NCBI GenBank assembly: GCA_951406725.2
Contig: OX597814.1
Coordinates: 155,806,001-155,870,000 of the forward strand
DNA from: Octopus vulgaris
Taxonomy: Eukaryota
Reading direction: 5' to 3'
DNA length: 64,000 bases
A model generated the notes under the pieces. That model searched no databases, was not told the origin of the DNA, and saw nothing but the letters and a program-made list of their open reading frames with translations. Shown here one piece after another: positions 1-14,854 of this stretch; the first letter of the stretch is position 1, and each line of letters begins with the position of its first letter. The position numbers and the translations under genes are program-made.

Positions 1-690
1 AATCTAAGTTGTGGCTACAATGATTGTGGTGATAGAGGGTTTGGAAGTCCCCTACTTCCAAACCCAGTGAGTTTTGAGTGGTTGTGATGGGAGAAAAGAA
101 AACCATGACATGAATAGGAATCAGTAGATTAGAGAAAATGGATTCGGTGGGGGTAATTTGGAGTAGTCAGAGTTAACAAGAAGATGAGAGAAATCGAACA
201 ATATTGGCTATGGAGAGGGATTATTGCTATTCACTGGTTAGACATATGGTGCCGCAATGATTGTCTTCGTTGGGACAGTATAGGTTAAGGGTGAGACCAG
301 TCAACAGAGGAATGATTTGGTACTCATCGTTCCCAGCGAATAGATTAGAGTAGTTCATGTTTATGTCCCTGGTCGACCCTCAATCTCACGGAGGAAGTGA
401 AACAATGCAGAGGAAGATCGAGTTCAGCCGCGTATGTTGAGGTATTACAATAATGTGTGAGAATCAGACCGAGGAAAGGACGCAGAGGGCGGAGGACATT
501 GTCAAAATGGATGTCGGTATACGTAGAAGTGAAACCCAATAGGAAAAAGATTGGAGGGGCCCTGAAAAACAAGAAGCTTGGATATAGGAACTGCTTCTAT
601 TAGTGTGAGGGGAATATCATTGCGGCAGAGATGAGCTGAAGGGAAGAGATGTTATTTACAAATCCTGCGGCACGCTTCTTCACCTATTTT
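1..690 (-). mobile_element. Highly decayed retroelement relic, possibly the N-terminal region of a Penelope-like ORF
   Basis: Purine-rich block, more GC-rich than its flanks, with fragmentary minus-strand peptides (e.g. NLFPIGFHF, YAAELDLPLHCF) reminiscent of Penelope ORF N-termini. No catalytic motif is visible. Confidence 0.25.
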
Positions 691-858
691 GTTTCTGAAC
701 TACCTTTACTAGTAATATAAACTAAATCAACGACAAAAACAGAAACAAGCCACATAGATGATAGTGATTAGAAACATTAATATGATTTTCCTAAATTATA
801 ACGACATTGTTCTCAACACAGTTTCAGGTTTCAGATCGAAATCTTTATTGCAAAGAAA

Positions 859-860
<2 letters not shown>

Positions 861-910
<50 letters not shown>

Positions 911-937
911 TCACACACACACACACACACTCACTCA

Positions 938-979
<42 letters not shown>

Positions 980-1000
980 TACACATACACTCACACGCAC
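861..1000. repeat. (CA)n/(CACT)n microsatellite
   Basis: Seen directly; explains the His/Thr ORFs at 758..1118. Confidence 0.95.
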
Positions 1001-1817
1001 GTGTATGTATATGTATGTTTGTCACGGAAATTTTGATGTAACTGCGATGTACATAGGTATGTATTCTTATGTATGTTTCTACATATTGCATATTTCACTA
1101 TCTTGCCGATATGCATGAGGTACGATGATTTAAATGCAAAAGAGTGATAATCAATATATTTTCTATATATCCTTCCATTTCAAGAGTTGATACAGTTTGA
1201 TAAATTACTCAATAATCAGTTTGGTCAGGAAAAAACTATCTTAAATTTAGGCGAAATGCTTTCAATAATAAACTAGAATTGTAAATACAAAATGCAGCGA
1301 TAAGTTTTTGAATTGAAAGATTCATCTCATATTAATATCAAAGAAATACACGAAGCCAAAACAGTCATTTCTATTTGAATTTCAATAGAGACAGTTAAAT
1401 GCTATATGTGGTTTCCAGTTGGAAAACATGGCTGCGCACTGACACGTTAGTTATCCTTATAAACAGCATAACAAATGTATTAACGTGTATCTCATTAACT
1501 TCTTGCTTCGAGTTCATTTCTATTAGCATGCAATTGAATATGCAAGATATTCTATTCGATTAACTGAGACGATGGCAATATGATATCATCGGTAATTAGA
1601 TGTTGTACTCTATTTCAGTAGTTGATACGATTGGCAGCCGGACTCCAAGGGAATAACGACAATGCCCGGAGTCTCGTTATGATCACGTTACCATCAGATT
1701 ATAGTCAAGCGACAATTTAAGCTCGTTTCAACATACAAATACAAAAAACATGACAAATTTTATCTATACTCTGAGACATATACGAATAAATACTAACACA
1801 CATATTTTGCACACACG

Positions 1818-1849
<32 letters not shown>

Positions 1850-2941
1850 CATGTGCTTACCTACATACTTACATCCGCTCACTCGCTTACTCTTTCTCTT
1901 GTTCTCTCTCTGTATACATGTGTGTGTATGTGTGTGTGTGTGTGAGTGCATGCGTGCATGTGTGTCTGTGTACATATATACATACATACATACATACATA
2001 CACAGACACTCATATTTATGCACAACACATACACACACACATCCATGTTTGCAAAAACTCCATTGTCTAGCATTTACTAAGTCAATTACAAATATCTATC
2101 GACAATCTTTGTCACATATTAACATAAATGCAAACAAGCATAACATTTATTATTTGTTTTTTTTTCCTGTTCTTTTTTTCTCAAGCGGTTAACCTATTTT
2201 ACTTTTCAAAATTCTGTCATCGTTTTTTTTTTTTTTGTTGTCGTGTATGTATGAGTAAACTAGTTGCTAAATTCTCATTTCTTCATAACTTTCTTAAATT
2301 CATGTAATTATTTATTTAAGTGGGCGTTTATCCAACTAATATTGAACCGGCTGATCTCGAACTGACTTCAGCTATTAATCACAGACGTCGCTTGCAATGA
2401 TGCTTCATTACTGAAGAATGCAACTTCGGACACAATATATGCAATAACCAGATATTGATTCAAGACCCGTATTCATCATACCCATCTGTTTGACCCCCAG
2501 TAATAGAATATGCACTATTCCGATTCAGAATATCAGTTATGTTGCGTTTTCTATTTTTATTAAAATGTTTCTCTTGTATTCCTTCTATTTAAAGTTGATG
2601 CGCATTATGTTCCGCTGTGTCATCAGTATAACGATTCCTCTCGCGTTATTAACATTATAAACACTTTGGAAAGAATGTAAACTGTTTCCAGTTTAACCAC
2701 TTGGGGGATGTTTCGGAGCTACTGCTAATAGCATAGGCTAATATCTTCCACACTCGTTCGGCACTCTTCCCAGGGATGTATCCTAAATTGTCAACTGTTC
2801 TTGCAGATGTTTTTTGGTAACTTGTGGAGATGGAATTGCCCTTAGCTTTCTATTGGTGGGTTATGCTTATTAGTAATAACTAATTGGTGGTTCCTCGATT
2901 TGAACGCTGCTACCTTAAGCCTGTAAACATAGCCAATACAA

Positions 2942-2957
2942 AGAGAGAGAGAGAACG

Positions 2958-3031
<74 letters not shown>

Positions 3032-3064
3032 GAAGAAAGAAAGAGGGATAAAAGAAAGAAGAGA
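2942..3064. repeat. (GA)n/(GAAA)n polypurine microsatellite
   Basis: Seen directly. Confidence 0.95.
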
Positions 3065-3633
3065 CATGATCAATGTTTAACTGTGCATTATTTGTGGGTC
3101 ACAAAGGCATAGAAGACAACAGCAATCTCGGTCGCAGATTGTCGGCGTAAACACATCAAGGCACCCAGCACATAATCGTCAATTTCTTACACTGATTTGT
3201 ACATTTGTATTCCAAGTCTCTATTCAAAAACCTCGACCCAGCTAGAGCTGTTCATTGTAGAATACTTGAATACGCAGTGTACTCATTTGGGAGTTCTTCC
3301 GATACTCTCTATTTATTATTAAATTCTCTTTCGAGTATAGATTTATTGCGCTCATTTCTCCCGCTACTGTCCACTAAATATTGTTTGTATAATACGAAGT
3401 ATTCAAATGCCATATTGTATCACACAAAAACACGTTGCCTCCGCCTCAACGTTTTCATCTTTCATACTGATACATTTGATAGAACTGTTTGTATTTTCAT
3501 AGTCTTAGTGTTCAAATCTCGGATAAGTTGAAGTGTCCAGTTTAGTATTGGAAAATCCGGTACTAGCACCGGTACACCAAAGCGTATTGATGCCATTTAA
3601 TGATGACACTTCTACCTTCTTCCGAAGTTTGCT

Positions 3634-3690
3634 GAAAGACACTTGCCCAAGGTGCCATGCAGTGGGACTGAACTCGGAACCATGTGGTTT
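3634..3690 (-). mobile_element. Fragment of family-A SINE head
   Basis: gacacttgcccaaggtgccatgcagtgggactgaactcggaaccatgtgg is the reverse complement of the SINE head at about 6293-6345. Confidence 0.8.
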
Positions 3691-6251
3691 TGACCAAATT
3701 TCAATTCTATGGCCCGTGAGAATACGATCTGCTCTAGCTCTCTTAGTGTAATAAATATTACTAGAATACAGCTACGTGTGGAAGTGACATTATTTTTCTC
3801 TGCTCTACTGGCACTAACATAAGGCCTTAGCATTTGATTAATATGGCTCACAAGGATTCATTGCCAAGATCAACAGAAGTACAAACACCTAGGAACGAAT
3901 ATTATTTATAGTTGTTGTAGTGGCTCCAGTTCTTAGTTACAATCATCTGGAGCAGAATATCCGATGTTTATTGGATAAGGCTTACGAAGAAAATTGCTAA
4001 AGGAAACCACAGTATTAAATCATATAATCACACACGCGCACACACATATATATATACATATAATACATGTTTATATACAGACATGTGTGTACACAAGAAT
4101 TCACATACACACACATATATATGTGTGTATGTATCTATGTTGAGACAGGATCTTGGACATCAGGAGTAGGACACCTAAGAGTCATGACCTGGATGGGTGC
4201 GGCTCCCGTAGAGCGTCAGGAATAAGGCCCAAAGCACTCGTCAGATGGGAGTTCTTCCTCTGACGATCTCTCTTGCTTTGCGCTGGCCTTGTGATGAGTT
4301 TCTGTTTTTTTTAATACATACATTCATACATATATTTATATGTATGTATGTATACACACATTCACACACATACATACATACACACCCAAAGATATGCTTT
4401 TGTATCTGTGTGTCTGTGTATCTATCAAAGTATCTTTGTATTAATGCATGTATAAGCATATCTTTGTCTTCAACGGGGTTTATAGTATTTGATATAAATC
4501 AAGAGAAAGATTTTCGATAGTTAGGCATTTTCACAGACAGAAATATTTTGTACAATATGTGTCTCGTACAATAAAATTCAACGAAATAGTTTCATTATTA
4601 TCTACAAGTTAAATTGAAATTACTTTTATATTTGTAAGAATTTATTATCACTAATGCTATGAAATACCAGAATAATACGAGTTTTATTGATATGGGCTAG
4701 TAACGAAAATTACCGGAAAACAGGATATTAAACTTGTGCATAGTCATTAGGCCACATAAATAGATTGGCGCAGAAATGACTGAATCAATTATAGTATATA
4801 ACTGCTATTTAATCCATTGCATTTGGATGTATGAAACGAAAACATGATGTAGGCCAAAACTAAATTTTAAAACTAAAGAGACAATACTCGTTTTAAAGTT
4901 AGCAAAATTTATTTAAAATTGTGAGAGCTTTTCCCTTACAAACAAAATACTGATACTGTATGAAATGAAAATTACTAACAAACAAATATAGCGAAACATA
5001 GATCTAATCGTTTCTAAATACCTTGCGTTTGTTCTTGTTGATAGAAAACTGTCGACATTGACTGAAAAAAAACTTTTAGTATATTTCATGTTACTACTTT
5101 TATTAATTATAGTTAATGGAGTCTCTCCGGACGAATATAAAAATAAATATAGCCTTAGAGGAAGCCAAATACTAGGTCTGAACAATGGATATGCTGCACA
5201 ATGCAACAGAATATGTTGTCACAAAGTTACTTGTTTCGTTTTGAAATCAAAAATTGCCATGTAACCAAAGTAGTGAACAAGTTTTGATACGTTGTTAATG
5301 AACTTATGTCGTTTACGCCTCAAAAGAAACTCAAGCTTATGTTAACCAACAAACCAAACGTATAGCTTGAAAATCAATGTATCAACTGTTTATATCAACT
5401 GTCCTGTAAGACAAAATGAATAAATCAAGGGAACCTACAACTATAATGATTAAACGATTTTGGCCATACTATATTACTATTAAGGCAATAAATCATCTGA
5501 CTTAATTATATTCTTAATTATAACAGATGTCAGACGTATTTTGTTAAATTTTGATTGCTTAGAAGAATAAGTTTGTTTAAATATTCATTAAGAAAAAAAG
5601 CTTTACAGTAACCATTATAGTTACATACATAGAACAGAAGCGTAGTACGATAACAATCTATAATGAACGTTGACAATTTTCACAAATCCTACGAATCTTC
5701 CGAGAATGTTTAACATTTGATGCAGTTGATAACTATTTCAAAGTAGATATTTTCAGTAATGTTTATACACTGAAAATATAATTTTTAAATTCAACTTAGA
5801 AAAGTTTCTCATATTACAGTGGGTAATTTTATTGAATTTTATTATGGAAATTAGTTCCTAATTAAACTTAATATATTAAAGGAAAGGCTTATATTTCATA
5901 TTCAAAATAATGCTGAAAATCCATTGAATAAACCTATTGATTTCAGTCCACCTGATTGCCATTTTTGCTTTCTGAAATTATACTGTATTTAATCTATTTC
6001 TTCCTCTCTTTTTATTTGTCTTTTGTTTTCATGATTTTGTGTTGGATCTTTCGACGGTAGAAATGAAAATTAGAGACCAGATTTTCATCCAGTTACCATT
6101 GCATAATTGAACTCAAAGTGAAACTAAGTACAATATTTTTTCTTAATAACGTTTTAGTTCTCCAAACTACTGAAATTCCTGTAGTTTTTGTACCAAATAT
6201 AACAGAAATCCAACAAGTAACATATCAAATTCTAAAAACATAAGTGTCCAA

Positions 6252-6666
6252 AGGCGCAGGAGTGGCTGTGTGGTAAGTAGCTTGCCTACTAACCACATGG
6301 TTCCGGGTTCAGTCCCACTGCGTGGCACCTTGGGCAAGTGTCTTCTACTATAGCCTCGGGCCGACCAAAGCCTTGTGAGTGGATTTGGTAGACGGAAACT
6401 GAAAGAAGACCGTCGTATATATATATATATATATATGTGTGTGTGCGTATATGTTTGAGTGCCTGTGTCTGTCCCCCTAGCATTGCTTGACAACCGATGC
6501 TGGTGTGTTTATGTCCCCGTCACTTAGCGGTTCGGCAAAAAGAAACCGATAAAATAAGTACTGGGCTTACAAAGAATAAGTCCCGGGGTCGAGTTGCTCG
6601 ACTAAAGGCGGTGCTCCAGCATGGTCGCAGTCAAATGACTGAAACAAGTAAAAGAGTAAAGAGTAA
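6252..6666 (+). mobile_element. Full-length tRNA-derived SINE, family A (CORE-like, octopus OR-type), with internal microsatellite and LINE-like tail
   Basis: Pol III A box tggctgtgtgg and B box ggttcagtccc; CORE-like ccttgggcaagtgtctt; internal (TA)/(TG) tract; tail ggcggtgctccagcatgg..cagtcaaatgactgaaac followed by (agtaaaag)n. Several near-identical copies occur in the window. Confidence 0.9.
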
Positions 6667-7002
6667 GTAATTTTATTACCAAAATATACTATGTAACGAA
6701 ACTTAGCAATTGTTTTATTTGTAAAAAGATTTTATTTTTGTGACACTGAAGAAGGAAAGGCAGAGGCGGTGCCAATGGGATTTTCAGTCAAAAAATAAAT
6801 GAAAATAATTAAATGAACTGTCTCACTTTAAATCCGTCGGTCCATAAAGTTTTCAATTTTATGACTATTGATTCAAATCAGAAGTTAATATTTTAATAAA
6901 AGACGGCTAGACTAAACCGAATAAGACTTTTAATGTGCATCAGATAATTTGTACTGTTACAGACATACCGTAATGCAGCCATGCATACTGCATCGAAGTA
7001 CG

Positions 7003-7004
<2 letters not shown>

Positions 7005-7090
<86 letters not shown>

Positions 7091-7096
7091 GTATGC

Positions 7097-7167
<71 letters not shown>
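7005..7167. repeat. (TA)n/(CA)n compound microsatellite
   Basis: Seen directly. Confidence 0.95.
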
Positions 7168-7171
<4 letters not shown>

Positions 7172-7173
<2 letters not shown>

Positions 7174-7574
7174 GCGCCGGAGTGGCTAGTGGTAAGTAAC
7201 TTGTTTACCAACCACATGGTTCCGGGTTCAATCCCACTGCGTGACACCTTGGGCAACTGTCTTCTACTATAGCCTCGGGCCGACCAAAGCCTTGTGAGTG
7301 GATTTGGTAGACGGAAACTGAAAGAAGCCCGTCGTATATATGTATATATATGCGTGTGCGTATTTGTGTGTCTGTATTTCTCCCTCTAGCATTGCTTGAC
7401 AACCGATGCTGGTGTGTTTATGTCCCCGTTACTTAGCGGTTCGGTGAAAGAGACCGATAGAATAAGTACTGGGCTTACAAAAGAATAAGTCCCGGGGTCG
7501 AGTTGCTCAATTAAAGGCTGTGCTCCAGCATGGCCGCAGTCAAATGACTGAAACAAGTAAAAGAGTAAAAGAGT
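7172..7574 (+). mobile_element. Full-length family-A SINE
   Basis: Colinear with 6252-6666 over head, core and tail. Confidence 0.9.
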
Positions 7575-7664
7575 ATATATTTTATATATATATTTATATA
7601 TATATATATATATATATATAGATAGATAGATAGATAGATAGATGGATGGATGGATAGATATTAT

Positions 7665-7717
<53 letters not shown>

Positions 7718-8889
7718 TCTTGTTATACTGTGTCAGTAACAAGTAAATAATGTCCCCTAACTTTTTAACTTGTCGTAGATCAGTTAAAGGCAGATCTATT
7801 TTTCTCAGTGTATTGAACTGAGCTTAATATTTTGTGAATGTAGTGTAAATGGGAATCTTCAAGTCATAAGAAGTATGATAACGCGTCAAAGATTCTATAT
7901 TATATTTTAGATTTTGTATTTTACAATTTGAAGCCCTATATATAGAACATCAAACATTCAAGAAGGAAGTAAAAGTGCTAAATACGTGAAAGCTACACAC
8001 TACAAGAGAAATATACTAATCTACCTTTTATAATATTTTAGAATCATATCCATAAATCCTAATCCACTGAAACCATAAACTGCAGAGAATAAGAAACTTG
8101 CTGGAGAAACGCAAATAAGATTATAAATTTTCCGCGCCATAAACGTTGTATTTAACAGTCAGCAATATTTATATCCACACTTAAATATAAAAGTTTTCAT
8201 CTTCGATTGTTATGAGGGATCTATTCCTGGATGTCTACACAGTAAAAGAGTGTTTTTAATAATAGACCGAACAAGGAATATTAATTTCTAACTAAGAGTA
8301 ATAAAATTCACATCCCTAAGACCAATGATGCATAGAAATTTTAATCTTATTAATGCTATCTAAGACACTCAATTAATTGATGAAATAAAATGATTTCTGG
8401 AAACCAGTTCAGTATACGGGAAAATAATTAATGTTTCAATGCACATACTTGTATGCTTGCAAGCACACAGAATACGCACATTACATACATATATATACAC
8501 AAGCATATGCACATAAACACACAGCCACACACACTTATATTCCATACATGTACATATATGTACGTATGTATATACACATGGTGCGTACATTTGAATATGT
8601 TCGTGTAAATGCGTGCTTGCGGCTTGTGTACGTCTTCCACTCTGTAACCGCTTTCGTTGCAACGCACAGTCTCAGATCAAACCACATGGCAGACAATTAC
8701 ACCCCAACATTATTCTTCACTCATATCTACAGTTCCATCCCAATAATACTTTATATAAGTTTCAAACTTTCATTTAGTTTTCCCAACGTCAGAAAAGATT
8801 TCAAATAAATACCACCAGCGGAGTCGTGCATACTCGTAAATGTTGTGTAATATGAACTGTGTTATATTTTCTTCAACAAAACTCTCTCA

Positions 8890-9006
8890 TGCACCAAATG
8901 GCAGTTGCTAGAAAGCTTTCGTGAAGTGAAACCAAGTAGCAACACCAAATGGCGGTGCCCCAGCATGGCCACAGCTCATAAGCTGAAACTAGAATCAATC
9001 AATCAA
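8890..9006 (+). mobile_element. 3' end of a CR1/L2-type LINE (5'-truncated)
   Basis: ggcggtgccccagcatggccacagctcataagctgaaactag followed by an (aatc)n tail. A terminal stem-loop plus short tandem tail is typical of CR1/L2 3' ends; the sequence is related to the family-A SINE tail. Confidence 0.55.
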
Positions 9007-9288
9007 AACATCTTGCTGCTCCCAGTAAGCGTGTTAAATATGATTATATACATTTAACATATATGCATACATACATGCATACATGCAGGAATACACATAT
9101 ACATACATACGTGCACACACATATACATGTATGTCTATATGAATTATCTATGTATATATGTATGTATATACACGATAGAGTGGATAAACGAAATAAAAAG
9201 GCTCTGAACATATTTAGTAGGAGTTACTTGTAATATTATTCAAAACAGTGTAATTCGAGACCAGTAGTCTTATATATGTGTGTGTGTG

Positions 9289-9322
<34 letters not shown>

Positions 9323-10302
9323 AGAGGGGAGAGAGAAAGAGAGAATGGATTAAAGATACACATATTGTGGCAGCAGTGAACTAGAATCTTGGACATTTTG
9401 AAATGCATTTTAATATAGATAAATTATCAAAACGATAGTCATTATTCATATGAAACTGCCTTATTTTAATGTTCCCCGTTGAGTAAACATGTATGATGCT
9501 TCAAGGTTTCGGGGAAAGTTTCTTACACGTGCAAAAATGCAATCTGTACATACAAAACAATCGAATTGAAACACTTAAAAATGGAATAGGTTTCAGAAGC
9601 ATTTAGAAAATATTACAGCGTGTCAAATCGTTTCAAACCGATGGAGAAAATATGAGCAAGGTTGAATTTTGTGATATTTTGTCTTCATATATCAACATAA
9701 TCATTATATACTGGATAAAAATCAAAGTGGAGACACGGAAAAAGCGTAGGATTAATTCACAAGCTCTTAGGATCATGTATCAGAAAAAGCGTTAAAGCTT
9801 TTACCGCTAGTTTCCAGGAACATTTAAATGGGCAAAAAGCCAAGGGAGATCAAGTTAATTGTGTTTATCTTCAGGAAACACAATTTTGAAGAATGTATTT
9901 AACTACAAACACAAATATTGATAGGCACACAATAGCATATAGATGGATAAACATACAATATTACATTCGCATATTTATAGACACAGTCACAATGTCATTG
10001 ACAATGTGAGAGATTTAATAACAACAAAAATAGCTAGAACAAGATTAACAACGGCACTAGAAACAAGAATAATAACAAACATAATAACATTGACTATAAT
10101 AGTTATAATAAACATCATTTCATACTTATCATCCATCATAATAAATTCAGACTCGCAACAAGAGTTGCTTTTGCATGTGTGTGCGTTGAGGACGGAGATA
10201 GTAATATACATATAACTATATAATATCTATATATAATCATAAATATATACGCCCCAGCCTGACCGTAGTCTAATGACTGAAACAAGTAAAAGAATAAAAG
10301 AA

Positions 10303-10303
<1 letters not shown>

Positions 10304-10367
<64 letters not shown>

Positions 10368-10429
10368 CATTATATATATATATGTACATACACATATATA
10401 TATATATACATATATATATATACATATAC

Positions 10430-10468
<39 letters not shown>

Positions 10469-10537
10469 CATATACACACACACATATATATATATACATA
10501 TATATACTTATATATATATATATATATATATGTATGC

Positions 10538-10570
<33 letters not shown>

Positions 10571-10581
10571 GATAGATAGAT

Positions 10582-10656
<75 letters not shown>

Positions 10657-10670
10657 TAGATATATATGTA
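10304..10670. repeat. Long (TA)n/(CATA)n/(GATA)n compound microsatellite
   Basis: Seen directly; preceded by a SINE tail remnant at about 10250-10302. Confidence 0.95.
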
Positions 10671-12859
10671 TTATCTTTCCACACAACACACAAACATATA
10701 TGGTTGCACACAGGATTTATTTTGTTGATTTTTTAGGAGAACATTTAGTTCTTTACACTGAAACAGTTTATTGATTTCTTTTACCAAGTTCAACCGCTTA
10801 TATTTTGAGACAGTTTTCTTTTTTTAACTAATACTACATCAAGTTGTTTAGAAAAAAAAATCAACTGAATAGATGTAGAAAGTCTTATATAAAAGGCCAG
10901 AAGACTATATTGAGGAACAATCATATCAATTTGACGCCTATCATCTCAGCATAAATTAGATTTGAGATATCTATTATCTTGAACGTATGCCAGGGAAATT
11001 CGCAATAAAGATGGAGAAATATTATGATTTTCGTTAAAGAGTTTTCGGAGGAATATTTACGTAAAATATATATTTTATATGTAGCTGTGTGGTTAAGAAG
11101 TTTGTTTTGGAACTACCTGGTCGTGAGCTTGGCGTGTGTATGTGTGTGTGTGTATTTGTGTATGCGTGCGTGTGTGTCCGTGTATTTATGCACGTGCGCA
11201 TGTCTATGTGTACTGGCGTGTACATGTTTATGTATACCGACCCCTTCTAGTATGTGCTGATTATGTATACCGGCCCAAACTATGTTGGATTTCGTCAAAA
11301 ATGCAACTCAGTAATTTTACAACTATCAAACAGAAATAAATAGTAATTGTATTCTTAATCCTTCCCAGTCAGTGCAACGCCGTACGTTGGTGTCCTACAT
11401 ATACATGTGCTTCCATTTTTGGTTCTCTTTTTTTCTTCAGTTATCCACATTCGTCATCAGAGCTCAGGGTTTTGCACAAAATTCAGATTTACGAAATATT
11501 AATTTAAAATAGAAATTTTCACTTTTTACTGATTTTTTTCTTTTTCTTTATTCCTTTATTATCATTATTATTATTATTATTATTATTAGTAGTAGTAGTA
11601 GTAGTAGTTTTCTTTCTACGTGAGACAACATGGAGGTTGCTACCTCCGAAAAATATAAAGAATCCAGTCGAATTTATTTCATGATCCCCCTTTCAACCCT
11701 CCGATACAAACGGCTTCTTACATGTTGAAAATCCTTTACAAAATTTTGGGTTCGAGAAAAGAAGTATCCATTGAACAGTGCAGTCGTTATATTCGTGTGT
11801 TTCCTTCCCTAAATTTCGGGTCTTGTGCGTATTGCAGAAGGGATTATTTCAGCGGAAGTTGTATGGGAGGAGTAGGAAAAACTGTGCTGATGTGATCTTT
11901 ATTTCTTTCGGGTGGATATTCTTATTACGAAATTTTGGAGGAGAATCATTCTGCTTAGGTCCGACACATTTGTATCGGTATGGAGTGAGGTATGATGGTT
12001 TAGCTATTCCGAAAGGAGAGAGGGGAAGAGAATTTTTTTAAATCGAAATATTGATAAGGAATTATTTTCAAAATCATAATCACTGTATTCTTTCACATGG
12101 AACTTTACGAAATAAATTTCGAAATTATGAAAGAGCAAAAATTTCAAAAGAGCAAAAAGTTGTTTTGTGGACAATAGTAAAATCTCTTATTGAAAACATA
12201 AGGTTCAGAAAAAAATATTTCGGGGAAAAGATGAAAATAATCGTAGAATGTGTTTTCAGCTTCTCATAACGACCCGTTCAGAGATACAATTCTCTAGAAA
12301 GATAATATTCTATCCATCTGCACAGGTATCTTTTTATGCGTGTGATGATATACGTTTATTTATACAGGCCCCTTTTGTGAATAATGAAATTTTAGCACCA
12401 GAACAGTCATTTGGAGGAGCTAAAGACATTGTTTACTTCACTCGATTGCACAACAGGCATTTATCTCGATCCCAAAAAGATAAAAGACAAAGTCGAACTC
12501 GGCAGCATTTAAAGAGACGAAAGAATCACTGCCAGCTGGCCGCCATAATGAGTGAGCATAAAATGCCAAGAATAATTATATCTGTATTCAGGCACACTTG
12601 TGCGATGTGTATAAGAATGCGTAAATGAATTTCTCTTCAAGTATTCATGCTTGTGTAGGTTAGTGTCTGACATATTAAATATAGAGAGCTCAGTTTAGAT
12701 TATCTATGCAATTAATAGAAACAAATCACTTCTCATAGGTGACTATAATTTATAAGCAAAAAATAAGGGAATTAACTCTAATAATACCTGTTTATTGGAT
12801 TTTTAATAAAATAACGATGATCCAAATGAATGTGAAGGATAGTTCCATCGGGTACATCC

Positions 12860-12945
12860 TATTTCACTGAAGAGGTTTAATAAGACTAAAGCAAGTCTGC
12901 AACAACTGTAACAACGACTTATTAGTCTGAAAAACCGTCATTATC
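12860..12945 (+). ncRNA. Degenerate hammerhead-like motif with long stem II
   Basis: CTGAAGA (12867-12873), stem ggtttaataag/cttattagtct, GAAA (12929-12932), GTC (12937-12939). Stems I and III do not pair cleanly. Confidence 0.3.
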
Positions 12946-13107
12946 TTTCTTTTCCAGGAATTTTTTATTAGCTTATTTTATTGGTGTTGTTCCCGTTTTC
13001 ACTTTAAATTTAAACATCAAAGAAGTAGTTTTTGCCTCTTATTTGCATGGATGATTTTAATTATCAAGTCAATATGTGTGGGACACCCAACGTGTATATA
13101 TATATAT

Positions 13108-13243
13108 TCTTTTACTCTTTTACTCTTTTACTTGTTTCAGTCCTTTGACTGCGGCCATGCTTGAGCACCACCTTTAGTCGAGCAAATCGACCCCGGGACT
13201 TATTCTTTGTAAGCCCAGTACTTATTCTATCGGTCTCTTTTGC
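13108..13243 (-). mobile_element. Family-A SINE 3' part
   Basis: Reverse complement of the SINE tail, with (ctctttta)n. Confidence 0.85.
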
Positions 13244-13844
13244 ATATAAAATATGCAACACTTCTCCAGCCGTTCTCCTTCCAGCCATATTGCGTGTGCG
13301 ATGTTGCTATGGATTCTTGCGTGTTATGATGTACGTATTTATGATTTTTGTCTTGTTTAATTTATAAATATGTGTGCCTATATATGTGCGATGCTGAGTG
13401 TTTGTGAATGTTGTGGGTGTTGTGAAGAAGAGATTTGCATGGTTCGTGTATTTTGTAGCTGATCATCAGTTTGACCCACTGACATATATCTTAGAGATTG
13501 ATATAATAATTACCTTACAGCAGACTGTGAGTTGTTTTCTCTAAATAACCGGCACTAATACTCAAATCAACCGTTGAAAATAAGATTGTAGAGTGAAATA
13601 TACAAAGTCACAAGGTTAGAAAAAGATAAGAAATAGTGATATATGCGTGTATGAAAATGCAAACCAAAATCGATATAGATAATGCATAAAAATCATGTGC
13701 CTCGTGTGCATGTATATATGTGGGGGGGTATCTATATATCATATATTTTTCTCCATGTTTTGGGTCAGATATGTATATATGTATGTGTGCATGCGTGTGT
13801 ATGTTTATGTGTGTATATGTGTGTGCATGCGTGAGTGTGTGTGC

Positions 13845-13881
<37 letters not shown>

Positions 13882-14129
13882 GAGACTGAAAAACAAATAT
13901 CAGTGATAAAAGAGGTTAGTATAACTGGAGTTAAATGAATATATACGTACCATGTGAGCAGTTTCTGGAGTGTTCATTGCAGTACTAAAATATATTCTTC
14001 TGAAGGAGAGACTTCTGTATAGTCCCAAACAATCGTTGTGGTTATTTTCATTATTTTCTTTACGTTACCACAGCCTGCCTTTCAAAAGCTTAATGTTAAA
14101 ATACTACATCCTGCAATCTTGAAGAACCC

Positions 14130-14460
14130 TGTCCGCGTGTGCCCCTTTCGGTAAGTATCTTTTATCGTATCCCCCTGTTGAACTAAGCCTTGTGAGTCTA
14201 AATTTCATTACGCGGCACAGAGGCACAGAGACAGTTCTTGTCCTTCAGTAGTTAAAAACGTCCGTACATCTTTACAAAACCCAGGCGATGTTGGTGTGTT
14301 TACGTCCCCAAAATTTAGCTGGTCGGCAAGAAGAATCAATAGAATACATGTCAAGCTTGAAAGAAAAGTATTTGGGGCGATTCATTCGACTTAAAATTCC
14401 TCAAGACGGTGCCCCAACATAGCTTCGGTTTAATGACTGAAGAGAAAAAGATAAAAACAG
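14130..14460 (+). mobile_element. Old, diverged family-A SINE
   Basis: aagccttgtgagt, gatgttggtgtgtttacgtcccc and gacggtgccccaacat..gactgaa match family A. Confidence 0.65.
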
Positions 14461-14854
14461 ATGAGCATCTTGCGATGTGGATCATATAAATAAAGAAGGA
14501 TAATTCCCGAGAAATGATGTACTAGCAAGTTTTATGTTTTCCTCAGATATTTCTCAAAATCAGTCTACACAAACATGGCTGTGTGATAAGGAAGTTTGCC
14601 GTGTAACCACAAGTTTATTTGTTTGAGTTTACAGCGATGTAACTTAGATGAAGGCCTTGGTGTATTGTATCATAACCTCGTGCTGAGGAATGCTCTTTGT
14701 ATGCAATCTGTTACACGAAAATTCTAAAGATATTGTAAAGAGATGCATCATATGCCTATATACACACACGCGCGCACACACACACACACAAATATGCACA
14801 TTCATACTTATGCAAATATATTTTTTATATATACATATACACACATATATGCAT

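Noticed and set aside
5058-5264. Short ORF with a hydrophobic, signal-peptide-like start and a Cys cluster
   Set aside because: AT-rich composition explains the hydrophobic run; there is no recognisable family or splice support.
6252-6330. tRNA gene
   Set aside because: A and B boxes are present but there is no full cloverleaf; it continues into the SINE body.
14074-14156. Apparent exon with a pyrimidine-rich acceptor and gtaagt donor
   Set aside because: The donor coincides with the decayed SINE core (gggcaagtgtctt to cggtaagtatctt) and the peptide is unrecognised.
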